NCBI GenBank assembly: GCA_977017645.1
Contig: OZ360254.1
Span: 35,030,001 to 35,094,000 of the forward strand
Source: Torpedo marmorata
Taxonomy: Eukaryota
Reading direction: 5' to 3'
DNA: 64,000 nucleotides
The notes beneath the pieces are model-generated. The model worked only from the letters and a program-made list of their open reading frames with translations, ran no database searches and was not told the origin of the DNA. This document shows positions 25,499 through 38,560 of the stretch, one piece after another. Within the stretch, counting starts at the first letter, position 1. Every line of letters starts with the position of its first letter. The translations under genes were made by a program, and so were the position numbers.

Positions 25499-25885
25499 TG
25501 TGGCGGCCCGCCACGGCGGCGATCAAGCCGGCGCTCCGGGCGGCGAGCGCAAAGGCCAGCAGCCCACGCAGCGGCAATGGCCCCAACAAGCAAATTGGCG
25601 GGTGAACGGCAAGGGCAGCTTAAAGGCCAGCGACCCCAAAATGGCGCTGGCCTTGCTGCGCAGCCAACAGACAGGGACAGCGTGCGGGGAAGAAGGGTAT
25701 TGTTATGCAGGAAAGAACCCCCGCGCAGGAAACCCACTTTTGTTATGCATGTGGTGACGTCAGCCAAAGGAGGCCACGGCGGGAACAGTGCAAATATAAA
25801 AGTCGGGCCTGAGCCCTAATAAAGACTCAGACCTTAACCTGACTACACTACGTGTGTGTCTTCTTTTGAGTAGCGCACGACTACA
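25499..25885 (+). mobile_element. Solo LTR (Gypsy-like, 387 bp)
   Basis: TGTGG...CTACA termini; 4-bp TSD AGAT (25495-25498, 25886-25889); TATAAAA near 25796; AATAAA at 25818. Confidence 0.85.
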
Positions 25886-26974
25886 AGATCATGAAACACA
25901 ACAACCTGCACAGTCATGCAATATTCTCAGTGTGTTACGTCAAATATGCTGCGCACCCTGACTACTATTAATGACATCGCTGGAGCTTAAAATTCTCTGC
26001 AATTGCAAACATGAAAATTGCACTGATTTTTTTTTTCTCACCACAGTTGAAGCACACACACACCATCCTCCAAAAATAACAAGGTTCCAGGTTATGATCA
26101 AAGAAAGTGCAATTTAGACCTTGTTAAAGTTTCAAATGGCAAATGCTTTTAGCAAGGCAATTTAAACATCGTACAAAACTAACCCAGATTGAAAAAGGAG
26201 TTCAAGGTGGATTAGCACAACAATCACCTTAGTGCCACAGCCTTTAACCCTCCTTGACATCTCCCATTACCATCAAGCATCAATCGTGGCTCGGTTTGTC
26301 GTACTCTCGCAAGGTTGAAGTTCAAGGCCAACTCAGAAATGTCGGTAATATATCTTTACCTCCTATGGACGCTGCGAGACCGGCTGAGTTCCTCCAGCTT
26401 TTCTGTGTTTTTACAAACTGACGGCTGCACATCATCCACTGCACCAGTGCCACATTGGATATGATGAATGAGAGAGGTACCACACAAACCCAATCTGTGT
26501 GCCAGTCCTATTCCAGATTTAGCAAATTGAAAGCGACACAAGAAACCACAAACCACTCTGTTTATCTTGGAAATTTCGGCTTTGAAGTGGAAAGGCTTTG
26601 TTATGTTTTTTTTTGCTCGCTGCCACAGCCTCAATTGTCTCGAGACTAAGTTGCGTCAGTCCCCAATTGTGGGATTGGTACATCCGGACGTGGGTGAAGG
26701 AGGGGAATGTCTGATGGCATTTTTATTTTCACACTGAGATAATCAAGACCCTCAGTTACTGGAGATACACAGGAGATGCTGGAATTGGAGGCCAAACACC
26801 ATCTTCATAAAGGGTTCCAACACGAAACAATGACTTTTCTTTTTCTACCACCGATGCTGCTCATCCCACTGACTTCCTCCAGCAGATTCTATTAAGTTTA
26901 AATCCACAGTTAAAATCCACTTTCCACAGAGCTGTTTGTTTTGGATACTTAAAGGAAGCCTCTCGGAAATGTCT

Positions 26975-27437
26975 ACGTGTACCGTGGAAAGCATTCTGGC
27001 TGGTTGCATCACTGTCTGGTACAGAGGTGCCAACGCTCAGGACAAGAAAAATCTCCAGAGGGTTGTTAACTCGGCCTGCGACATCACAGGCACCAGACTT
27101 CACTCCATCGAGGATATCTACAAGAGGCGGTGTCTTAAGAAAGCAGCCTCTATCCTCAAGGACCCCCCACCACTCAGGCCATGCCCTCTTCACTCTGCTA
27201 CCATCGGGAAAAAGGTACAGGAGCCTGAAGACGAGCACTCAGCGGCACAAGGACAGCTTCTTCCCCTCCGCCATCAGATTCCTGAATGAACAATGAACCA
27301 CGGACACTAACTTACTTTGTCTTTTTCTTGCACTATTTTTATTTATTTTGTAAGGTGGTTCATATAAATGTTTGCACTGTGATGCTGCCACAAAACAATG
27401 AATTTCGTGACATGTTCGTGGCAACAAATTCTGATTC
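26975..27437 (+). mobile_element. Rex1/Babar A-related 3' fragment
   Basis: [15 protein letters not shown]...[13 protein letters not shown] plus the 3'UTR. Confidence 0.85.
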
Positions 27438-29289
27438 TTATTTAAGAATCAGGGCACACATCACATTACACCCAACAATATTCACCCTTTGAGGTTCGAC
27501 CCTCAATAGTAGACACTAGTCCGTCAAGCACATAGACACCTTCACCAACACAAGATAGAAAAGTTACTGTCTACGAAACAAATCAATTTCAGTCAACAAA
27601 TCTTGCAGATTAACTTTTTGGATTAGTACTTGGACAAAGAGATTAAAATTGGAATGCATACACAAGATAATACCCAGCTGAACTGATGCACTACCAAACT
27701 ACCACTGGGTACATACAATATGAATTTAATCAGTCTGATTAAATATGAGGACATAGCTACCAAAAGGACTGAGATCATTATGAGCCACATTACCCAATTA
27801 TTTTAACAGAACCACTCAGGGCACAGATGAGCAGCAAAAAGGCCCAGACCAGTATCTTGGCTGAAGGCACAATTCAAGTCCTCGGTCTCTTTCACAACAA
27901 ATCAATATTTAAAAATTAACTCCAGAAACACGAACCTCTGGCAATGTGATTAAAGTAACTCATGCCTGAATCATGCCTATCTTGACCAGCTTTCCGACCT
28001 TCCCTTTGGGGCAACAGTCCACACCCACATCCTCAGGGAGATGGAAATGGAAAGAAAAGGGGGGTGGGTAAAAATAGTCAGACGGAAATAAGAACATGCA
28101 CTCCCACCCTTGCTGACACACACCTCTTGAATGTAGTTCCTGTGGAAACAATACCAGTCTTCAGGAACAAATGTACTCTCGTGCTAGCAGGCAAGAAACT
28201 CGTAATCCATCAACAATCAAGAATGCACAGACTAAAAACAGGTCAGGCACATTTCAGAACTTGCACCAAATTTTTTAAAAAACTGATATTTTTCCATTAG
28301 CAACTACGTGAAAACAAAAAGATCCTTTTCTCCACATTTCAGTCACACTTCTTTCAAACAAACTTGCACGTCTGGTATCACAAGCAATTCTATTTGTCAG
28401 TTAATTTTAATATTTTTATCTGACTCTTAACACACATGTACAGAAGAAAGCTCTTGCTTTTCTCAAGTTTTGGTCTTCATGATTTGGAAAGAGCATTGTG
28501 CAAATGAAGTCAACAGAGAAAACAAAACATCAATTAAAGCAGTTAGCTCAACTATTTTGCAGTAAATTACTGCAAAATGTCTGTACTTTGTCTGTGTTTT
28601 GTCTGTTGAACCACAAAACCAAGACTGTAAAGTGCCAAAATCTTTCACCAACATTCAATGGCAAAAATCGACCAGACTCCAATGCACAATGACTTCCACT
28701 GCAGGCATTAAATGTGGGTGCCAATCTTTACATTAAGACGCAGAGAGCAAAAAAAACTGGGGGGGAGGGGGGAGAGAAAATAAATTGTTTAATTCCAATC
28801 ATTTAATAAAAATTATTCAAATCCATAGAGCACTAGGAGTCTTTGACAAAGCTATGCAGGTTCCATTTAACTCAGTACATTTTTAACCCCAAGCAATTAA
28901 TTCAAACTCAATTTCTTTCCCCTTATTCAATTTCCTCGTTTCCCCAGTCATTGCAATGATTTCTCATTCCTTTCTCCCACATTAATTGAAGGTTGGGGAA
29001 TTTTTTATTTAAAAAAAAAATATATATATAGGTTTTTAAATCCCAGTGCAACTCGGTCACATCTTCCCCCTCAATATATATCTATATATAAATGTTTTAA
29101 AATGAGCTGGGTATGGGACAAAAACAGTAACTCAAAAGCAAGCAGGGCAAATTTCATGAATAAAAGTGAAATTACATAAAGAAAAGTTAAACCGAATCTT
29201 CACAATCTGTGGGGGGGGGGAATAAAACACAATAAACATTTCTGGGTACAAAAATCTGGCAAAACAAAGAGATGAGGGAAGAAATGAGA

Positions 29290-31568
29290 GGAGAAATTAC
29301 ATTGAGAGAGTTTTTTTTGATGAGGGGAGGAATAACATTGAGAGGGTTTTTTTGATTAGAGGAGGAATAACATTGAGAGGGTTTTTTTGATTAGAGGAGG
29401 AATAACATTGAGAGGGTTTTTTTGATTAGAGGAGGAATAACATTGAGAGGGTTTTTTTGATTAGAGGAGGAATAACATTGAGAGAGGGTTTTTTGATTGA
29501 GGAGGAATAACATTGAGAGGGTTTTTTTGATTAGAGGAGGAATAACATTGAGAGGGTTTTTTGATTAGAGGAGGAATAACATTGAGAGGGTTTTTTGATT
29601 GAGGAGGAATAACATAGAGAGGGTTTTTTGATTGAGGAGGAATAACATTGAGAGAGGGGTTTTTGATTAGAGGAGGAATAACATTGAGAGGGTTTTTTGA
29701 TTGAGGAGGAATAACATTGAGAGGGTTTTTTTGATTGAGGAGGAATAACATTGAGAGGGTTTTTGATTGAGGAGGAATAACATTGAGAGGGTTTTTGATT
29801 GAGGAGGAATAACATTGAGAGGGTTTTTTTGATTGAGGAGGAATAACATTGAGAGGGTTTTTTTGATTGAGGAGGAATAACATTGAGAGGGTTTTTTTGA
29901 TTAGAGGAGGAATAACATTGAGAGGGTTTTTTTGATTAGAGGAGGAATAACATTGAGAGGGTTTTTTTGATTAGAGGAGGAATAACATTGAGAGGGGTTT
30001 TTTTGATTAGAGGAGGAATAACATTGAGAGGGGGTTTTTTGATTAGAGGAGGAATAACATTGAGAGAGGGTTTTTTGATTAGAGGAGGAATAACATTGAG
30101 AGGGTTTTTTTGATTAGAGGAGGAATAACATTGAGAGGGTTTTTTTGATTAGAGGAGGAATAACATTGAGAGGGTTTTTTTGATTGAGGAGGAATAACAT
30201 TGAGAGGGTTTTTTTGATTGAGGAGGAATAACATTGAGAGGGTTTTTTTGATTGAGGAGGAATAACATTGAGAGGGTTTTTTTGATTAGAGGAGGAATAA
30301 CATTGAGAGAGGGTTTTGATTAGAGGAGGAATAACATTGAGAGGGGGTTTTTTGATTAGAGGAGGAATAACATTGAGAGAGGGTTTTGATTAGAGGAGGA
30401 ATAACATTGAGAGGGGGTTTTTTGATTAGAGGAGGAATAACATTGAGAGAGGGTTTTTTGATTAGAGGAGGAATAACATTGAGAGGGTTTTTTTGATTAG
30501 AGGAGGAATAACATTGAGAGGGTTTTTTGATTGAGGAGGAATAACATTGAGAGGGTTTTTTTGATTGAGGAGGAATAACATTGAGAGGGTTTTTGATTGA
30601 GGAGGAATAACATTGAGAGGGTTTTTGATTGAGGAGGAATAACATTGAGAGGGTTTTTTTGATTGAGGAGGAATAACATTGAGAGGGTTTTTTTGATTGA
30701 GGAGGAATAACATTGAGAGGGTTTTTTTGATTAGAGGAGGAATAACATTGAGAGGGTTTTTTTGATTAGAGGAGGAATAACATTGAGAGGGTTTTTTTGA
30801 TTAGAGGAGGAATAACATTGAGAGGGGTTTTTTTGATTAGAGGAGGAATAACATTGAGAGGGGGTTTTTTGATTAGAGGAGGAATAACATTGAGAGAGGG
30901 TTTTTTGATTAGAGGAGGAATAACATTGAGAGGGTTTTTTTGATTAGAGGAGGAATAACATTGAGAGGGTTTTTTTGATTAGAGGAGGAATAACATTGAG
31001 AGGGTTTTTTTGATTGAGGAGGAATAACATTGAGAGGGTTTTTTTGATTGAGGAGGAATAACATTGAGAGGGTTTTTTTGATTGAGGAGGAATAACATTG
31101 AGAGGGTTTTTTTGATTAGAGGAGGAATAACATTGAGAGAGGGTTTTGATTAGAGGAGGAATAACATTGAGAGGGGGTTTTTTGATTAGAGGAGGAATAA
31201 CATTGAGAGAGGGTTTTGATTAGAGGAGGAATAACATTGAGAGGGGGTTTTTTGATTAGAGGAGGAATAACATTGAGAGAGGGTTTTTTGATTAGAGGAG
31301 GAATAACATTGAGAGGGTTTTTTTGATTAGAGGAGGAATAACATTGAGAGGGTTTTTTTGATTAGAGGAGGAATAACATTGAGAGGGTTTTTTTGATTAG
31401 AGGAGGAATAACATTGAGAGGGTTTTTTTGATTAGAGGAGGAATAACATTGAGAGGGGGTTTTTTGATTAGAGGAGGAATAACATTGAGAGAGGGTTTTT
31501 TGATTAGAGGAGGAATAACATTGAGAGGGTTTTTTGATTAGAGGAGGAATAACATTGAGAGGGTTTTT
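29290..31568. repeat. ~35-bp minisatellite/satellite array (about 65 units) in intron 1
   Basis: Unit GAGGAGGAATAACATTGAGAGGG(T)nGATT(A), with length variants in the T-run and GA/G runs. Confidence 0.97.
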
Positions 31569-31743
31569 GTGGGGTTAAAGTTGGGAGAGGGGGCATTGGT
31601 TGGGCTGGAGCTGCAATGTGACAGCTCGGGGTTTATTGCCTATTGTCTGGCGCCCCTCTCCCCGCCACCCCCCTTGTTGACTGAGGGGATTTATCCGTGG
31701 TGCCCTGGCTTGCCGTGTGGGGACGGCTCCTCGCCTGCCTCAC

Positions 31744-31917
31744 CTGCTCGAAGGGCCATTTCTCCGCCACCTTCTTGGCGCTGATGTCCAGCAGAGCGTC
31801 CGGCTTGTGGAACCTGCCGTGGCCCGGCTTTGTCTGCGCCGCTTTCGCCACCGCCGCCGCCCCGCAGCTGCCGAGGCACGGCCGCTTGGCCGGCGGCTCC
31901 CCCCTCGCGTCCGCCAT
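31744..31917 (-). CDS. ZSWIM4: ZSWIM4-like SWIM zinc-finger protein, coding exon 1 (58 codons)
   Basis: Translates MADARGEPPAKRP...KPDALLDISAKKVAEKWPFEQ, matching the ZSWIM4/5/6 N-terminus (human ZSWIM4 recalled as EPPAAKR...[20 protein letters not shown]). Strong Kozak gcgATGG; donor CAG|GTGAGG at 31744/31743 (phase 0); lies in a CpG island. Confidence 0.9.
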
Positions 31918-31963
31918 CGCCGACGACTCGCTCGCAACTGACCGCACGCCGGCTCCCGGCGAC

Positions 31964-32035
31964 GGCCGCCGCCGCTCCCGCCTCCCTCCCGCTGCCATTG
32001 GCCGCCGCCGCTCCCGCCTCCCTCCCGCTGCCATT
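31964..32035. repeat. Perfect 2 x 36-bp tandem duplication in the promoter/5'UTR
   Basis: ggccgccgccgctcccgcctccctcccgctgccatt at 31964-31999 and 32000-32035. Confidence 0.95.
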
Positions 32036-32369
32036 GGCCGTCCGACGACGCCGCCCCGCGCCTGTGTCCGTCAGCCGGCAACGCCCCGCCCCGCGCAGCC
32101 GAAACGTCAATCTCCCCTTGGCCCGCCCTCTGCTTCTGCCATTGGCTGCTGACCTGTCGATCAGGAAATGATCCCACCCCCCACAGCTCCAGGAGAATTA
32201 ATAATGTCTATTATTGCAGATGTACTCAATCATGTTCATGTCTGAAGCAGTCTGGGCTTGGACATCTTAAATCATGAGCACACAGGATCTGTTTCCAGCA
32301 AAGATCCCTTCAAAAAGTTATCTTGGCTGAATATCAGGTCTAAAGGAACCAGATTCAGATTCAGATTTA

Positions 32370-32552
32370 ACAGTGTCTTTTATGTAGCAAAGGTAGAAAT
32401 ACATAACCGACGTTTCAGGCTTGAGCCCTTCTTCAAAGTAATGTTATGTATTTCTACCTTTGCTACATAAAAGACACTGTTTGACCTGCTGAGTTCTCCA
32501 GCTTTTGTGTTTTTTACTTCATCCACGGTGTCTACAGATTTTCGTGTTTACT
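32370..32552. mobile_element. Short inverted PLE-end insertion in the microsatellite tail of a Rex B element
   Basis: ~39-bp inverted arms (32370-32408 and 32442-32480); 16-bp TSD TTCAGATTCAGATTTA at 32354-32369 and 32553-32568. Confidence 0.8.
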
Positions 32553-32762
32553 TTCAGATTCAGATTTATTGTCAGAGTACATACATGACATCACATACAA
32601 CCCTGAGATTCTTTTTCCTGCAGGCCAGGCAGAATTACCACTTATTGGCAGTGCAAAAAAAAAACTGCATCAACGTACACGTAAACAATTAATGTAAATA
32701 AACTGACTGTGCAATACAGAGAGAAATAAAATCAATAAAGTGCAAAAATAAGAGTCCTTAAA

Positions 32763-35700
32763 CTTAAGTACAACACTTTACAAACATATCAAGTGGAGAA
32801 AGCTATTTTGAGATCTAAGCAAAAATATTATGAACTAGGCGAAAGGGCCCATAAGGTCTTGTCTTGGCAATTGAAGGTAGAAGAGACATCGAGGACAATT
32901 AACGCGATTCAGTTAGGACCAGACAAGATATCACACAACCCGAAAGAGATAAATGATATTTTCAAGCAGTTCTATACAGAACTATATAAATCAGAGTCAC
33001 CCAAAGATTGAACTAAGATAGACGATTTTTTGTCCAACATTGATCTGCCCAGATTGGACCAAGACGATCAGACGAAATGAAACTCCCCTTTCTCCAGAGA
33101 GGAGATCGAAGAAGCCTTGAGTTCATTACAAGCTAATAAATCACCGGGGAAGGATGGTTTCCCGCCCGAGTTCTACAGAGAATTTAAAGAACTTCTGATG
33201 CCCCTTATTATGGATGTGGTCAACCGGGCAGTGGAAACACAGATTCTCCCGGAATCCTTTTCAACAGCTATTATTACAGTTATACCCAAGAAAAATAGAG
33301 ATCCATTAAAGCGTCTTCACATAGACCTATTTCATTGCTAAATGCTGATTATAAGATAGTAGCTAAGGCATTAGCTAATAGATTGGGTCATTATTTACCA
33401 AAATTGATAAATCCGGATCAAGTCGGCTTTGTGAAGAGGAGACACTCTGCTAACAACTTGGGTAGATTATTTAGTATAATACATTTGGCACAATCCAAAA
33501 TAGACCCGAGCATAGCATGTCTTTAGACGCGTAAAAAGCCTTTGATAGGCTGGAATGGCCTTTTTTATTCAAAGTACTTGAAAAGTTCGGATTGGGACAA
33601 TCATTTGTCCAATGGGTAAAAACACTTTACTATAAACCTCGGGCTAAAATTATAACGATTATACAGATATCGTCGACATTCTCACTGAGTAGATCTAGTA
33701 GGTAGGGTTGTCCACTGTCTCCAGGGGTTTTTGTATTAGCAATTGAACCTTTAGCGGAAGCTATCAGGAGGGATCCAGAGAATTCAAGGTGGATCAGGTG
33801 GATCACAAGATTAACTTGTTTGCAGATGATGTATTGTTATATCTAACAGACCCGGCTGAGTCTTTAACCAAATTGCGGACTGCACTGGAGGATTACGGTA
33901 TGATTTCAGGATATAAAATAAATTTAGACAAAAGTAAAATCATGCCTCTGATGAAATTTGATTATAAAAAATATCAACAGGGGAGTCGCTTTAGATGGCA
34001 ACCAGAGGTATCAAGTATCTAGGGATAATGCAGAGACTGAAGACCACAGCACCAGTGGTGAGGACGGCGAAAGTATGGTCGAGGGAGGCGGAGGAGCGTC
34101 TGCAGGACTGCTTTGAATCGGTGGACTGGAACATATTCAAGCACTCAGCCATAGACCTAAATGAATATGCAACAGGTGTCACCGACTTCATCAAGACCTG
34201 CGTGGATGAGTGTGTGCCCATGCGCAAATACCGGGTGTTCCCCAACCAAAAGCCCTGGATGAATCAGAGAATTCGCAACCTGCTGAGGACGAGAACAAGG
34301 GCGTTTAAGGTCGGGGACCAATCTTTAAAAAAAGTCAAGGCACGACCTGCGGAAGGCCATCTCTGAAGCAAAGTGGCAATTCCGGAGGAAGCTAGAGACA
34401 GAGACAGATACACGCCAGCTATGGCAGGGAGTGCAGGCCATTACAGCCTACAAAGCGAGGGCGAACACTATAGACGGCTGTGATGCTTCACTACCCGATG
34501 AGCTGAACACCTTCTATGTCCGCTTTGAGAAGAAGAACAAAACGGTGCCTACTAGAATCCCTGAAAAGGCTGAGGACCCTGTGATATCTGTCTCTGAGGG
34601 CGACGTCAGAACATCATTTAAGAGGGTGAACCCTCGCAAGGCGTCAGGCCCTGACGGCGTACCTGGCAGGGTATTGAAAATCTGCGCCAACCAACTAGCC
34701 GGAGTGTTCATGGACATTTTCAATCTCTCATTGCGGCAGTCAGAGGTTCCCACCTGCTTCAAAAGGGCATCAATCATCCCAGTACCCAAGAAGAGTAGTG
34801 TGAGATGCCTCAACGACTACCGCCCAGTAGCACCAACTTCTACTGTGATGAAATGCTTTGAGAGGCTGGTCATGGCCAGAATTAACACATACCTAAGCAA
34901 AGATCTGGACCCACTGCAATTTGCCTATCGCCACAATCGCTCCACAGCAGATGCAATATCGCTAGCTCTCCACTCAGCTCTGGACCACCTCGAAAACAGC
35001 AATTCATACATACGGTTGCTCTTCATTGACTACAGCTCGGCCTTCAACACCATTATTCCCTCAGTGCTGGTCAAGAAGCTACAAACTCTAGGCCTCTGTA
35101 CCCCACTCTGCAACTGGATCCTTGACTTTCTCATCGGAAGACCACAGTCAGTACGAATTGGAAACAACGTCTCCTCCTCACTGATTATCAACACAGGCGC
35201 ACCCCAAGGATGCGTGTTTAGTCCACTGCTCTACTCGTTATACACTCATGACTGTGTGGCCAGGCACAATTCCAATGCCATATACAAGTTTTCCGATGAC
35301 ACCACAGTTGTCGGCAGAATCACAAACGGCAATGAGGAAGCGTACAGGAGGAAGATAGATCAGCTCGTTGAATGGTGTAATGGCAACAACCTTGAGCTCA
35401 ACATCAGCAAAACCAAGGAGATGATTGTGGACTTCAGGAGGAAGTCAGGGGAACACGACCCAGTCCTCATCGAGGGCACAGTCGTGGAGAGGATCAAGAA
35501 CTTCAAATTCCTGGGTGTCAACATCTCCGAGGATCTGTCCTGGAGCATCCACGTGGATGCAATCACAAAGAAGGATCGTCAGCGGCTATACTTTGTGAGG
35601 TGTTTGCGGAGATTCGGTATGTCACCAAAGACTCTCGTAAACTTCTACAGGTGTACCGTGGAGAGCATTCTGGCTGGTTGCATCACTGCCTGGTATGGAG

Positions 35701-38059
35701 GCACCAACTCCCAGGACAAGAGTAAACTCCAGAGGGTTGTTAACTCGGCCTGTGACATCACAGGCACCAAACTTCACTCCATCGAGGATATCTACATGAG
35801 GCGGTGTCTTAAAAAAGCAGCCTCTATCCTCAAGAACCCCCACCACCCAGGCCATGCCCTCTTCACTCTGCTTCCATCGGGAAAAAGGTACAGGAGCCTA
35901 AAGACGAGCACTCAACAGCACAAGGACAGCTTCTTCCCCGCTGCCATCAGATTCCTGAATAATCAATGAACCAAAGACACTGCCTTACTTTTCGTGCACT
36001 ATTGTTTATAATTTTTTATAGTAATGTCATTAGATGGTTAATATGAATTTTAATTGCACTATGATGCTGCCGCAAAACACCGAATTTCATGACTTGTTCA
36101 TGACAATAAATTCTGATTCTGATTCTGATTCTGCCCCGCTGCCATCAGATTCCTGAATAATCAATGAACCAAAGAAACTGCCTTTCTTTTCGTGCACTAT
36201 TATTTTTATTTTTTATTGTAATGTCATAAAATGGTTATCATATGAATGTTTGCACTATGATGCTGCCGCAAAACACTGAATTTCATGACTTGTTCATGAC
36301 AATAAATTCTGATTCTGATAATGACTGATAATAATCTACAGAATTTATATAAACTCAATTACCTCCCGGTGCTTGGAAAGATTGAAGACGATTTACTTAG
36401 ATGGAGAAGCCTGCCCATCACATTAGAGGGCAGGGTTAATTGTATCAAAATCACGGTGATGCTGAAATTACAATACCTTTTTCAATCTTTACCTATCCCT
36501 TTGCCACAAACATTTTTCAAAACACTCAATGGATATGTCAGACAGTTCATCTGGAATGGTAAAGTTTCCAGAGTCTCCATGGAAAAGCTGACGTGGGATT
36601 ATAAATTGGGGGGTTTACGATTACCAGATTTTAAGAAGTATTACTTAGCGCCCAGTCGAGGTTTCTCTCATCCTGGGTGATATCCTTCCATGGGTCTAAA
36701 TTGGACTAAATACTATAGGGGAGAAAATAGCTAAGGACTTTATTTACAAATGGAATACTAAGTTAATATCAAAAAGAATGAACAACCCCATTCTGAAACA
36801 TATGAATTAAAATTTGGCAAGAAATGAATGAGTGTATTGGGGAAAAGTTGGAATATCCCCCAAAACACCTCTGTTTCAAAATGAACTTATACCCATGAAT
36901 TTGGGTAATAAAATATTGAACGTTTGGTATCAGAAGGGGATTCGGTATATTGGAGATTGTTATGATAATGGACAGCTTATGTCCTTTGAACAACTTAAAG
37001 ATAAAATATGATTTGTCTTATAGAACCTTTCACTGTTTTCTCCAATTAAGATCCTTCCTGCGAGAAAGGTGGGGTCCTTCAATGACTCCACCTACAAGCA
37101 ACGAGGTAGAGCAGTTACTTCAACTGGGAAATGCACCCAAATTTATATCCAGAATGTACTTTGTGCTCCAAGGCGAAAGCCCTAAGCCAGGTATACACAG
37201 ATCGAGGGAGAGGTGGGAGTCGGACCTGGGTACGACAATTCAGGAGCGTTGCTGGTCAGACTGGTGTCTGAATAGTATGACGACGGTTATTAATGCTAGA
37301 TACAGGTTGGTCCAGTATAATTTCTTGCACCAACTATATCTCACACCACAAAAGTTACACAAATCAAAATCCGAAATATTGGAAATGTGTTTCAGATGTG
37401 GTGGAGAAATTGGAACTTTCCTGCACTCCACTTGGTCCTGTGCAAAGGTAAGACCCTTTTGGCATGATATATCTAATACACTAACCAGAATTACGGGAGT
37501 GGCCGTTCCACTGGACCCGGAGTTGTATCTCTTAGGAAATCTAATGGACATCAGCTACAAATTATCTAAATTCCAAATTCAATTTGTGCTAGTTGCTTTG
37601 TCCGTAGCAAAAAAATGCATAGCAGTCACTTGGAAGTCCGACTCCCCCCTTCTTATCACTCGATGGTCAGCAGAAATGCGCAGCTGTATTCCTATGGAGA
37701 AAATCATATATAATCTTAGGAATAAATATGATATATTAGTCAAGGTGTGGCAACCATACCTTGAGTATATTGGTGTCCAGTTATAATTTAAACCCTAAAG
37801 TACAGTACAATGTAATGTATAAATATTTAATGGTGTGACGTCTCCAAGAAGGTTGAAAAATTAATGTAAGCACTGACGGTACGTTTATTTTTTTTTTCTT
37901 TTTCTTCTGTTTGTTTTACTTCTTTATGTTTTTTTCTTTCAGTTGGGGAGGGAGGGAGAGTTTAATAATAATGTTGTGTATAATTGGAAATTGTATATTT
38001 TTTGTTTATATTGTGAACTTTTCTTGAAAATTAAAAATATTTTTTTTTTTTTTAAAAAG
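32763..38059 (+). mobile_element. 5'-truncated, degenerate L1-clade LINE (ORF2 + 3'UTR), interrupted by Rex A
   Basis: KSPGKDGFPPEFY, NADYKIVAKALANRL, LFADDVLLYL, IKYLGI, W.SLPI...GRVNCIK and CFRC..GTFLH.TWSC motifs; T-rich 3'UTR; TSD TAAGAGTCCTTAAA at 32749-32762 and 38060-38073. Confidence 0.9.
34031..36316 (+). mobile_element. Rex1/Babar A with an open 512-aa RT ORF (34431-35969) and a doubled 3' end
   Basis: [26 protein letters not shown] and KFSDD motifs; 7-bp TSD GATAATG at 34024-34030 and 36317-36323. Confidence 0.93.
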
Positions 38060-38560
38060 TAAGAGTCCTTAAAAATGATTCGCTGATTGAGTTTGTCGTT
38101 GAGGAGTCTGATGGTGGAGGGGTAGCAGCTCTTCCTGAACCTGGTGGTGCGAGTCTTGTGGCACCTATACCTCTTTCCTGATGGCAGCAGCGAGAACAGA
38201 GTGTGCGCTGGGTGGTGTGGATCCTTGATGATTGCTGCTGCTCTCCGACGGCAGCGTTCCCTGTAGATGTTCTGGATGTGGGGGGGGAGGGTTTTGCCTG
38301 TTATGTCCTGGGCTGTGTCCACTACCTTTTGGAGGGCTTTCTGCTCAGAGGGTTTTGGTGTCCCCATACCAGACCGTGATGCAGCCGGTCAGCACACTTT
38401 CCACCACACATCTGTAGAAATTTGCCAGGGTTTCCGATGTCATATCAAACCTCCGCAAACTCCTGAGGAAGTAGAGGCGCCGATGTGCTTTCTTCACGAT
38501 TCCATTAGTGTGTTGGGTACAGGAAAGATCCTCTGAGATAGTGACTCCCAAGAACTTCAA
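38060..38560 (-). mobile_element. Rex1/Babar B 3' fragment (its tail is at about 32350-32762)
   Basis: Homologous to 58250-58745; the 3'UTR is split by the L1. Confidence 0.88.

Larger units (their letters stand above)
31600..32180 (-). promoter_or_regulatory. CpG-island promoter/5' region of the ZSWIM4-like gene
   Basis: Very GC- and CpG-rich island in an AT-rich background. GC box CCCCGCCCC at 32084-32092; minus-strand CCAAT boxes near 31999, 32035 and 32143; no clear TATA. Confidence 0.8.

Noticed and set aside
29461-30713. Repetitive ORFs (MLFLLNQKNPLNVIPP...)
   Set aside because: They are translations of the satellite in several frames.
31691-32177. Overlapping Arg/Gly/Pro-rich ORFs on both strands
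   Set aside because: By-products of the CpG island; only the ZSWIM4 frame has homology and splice support.
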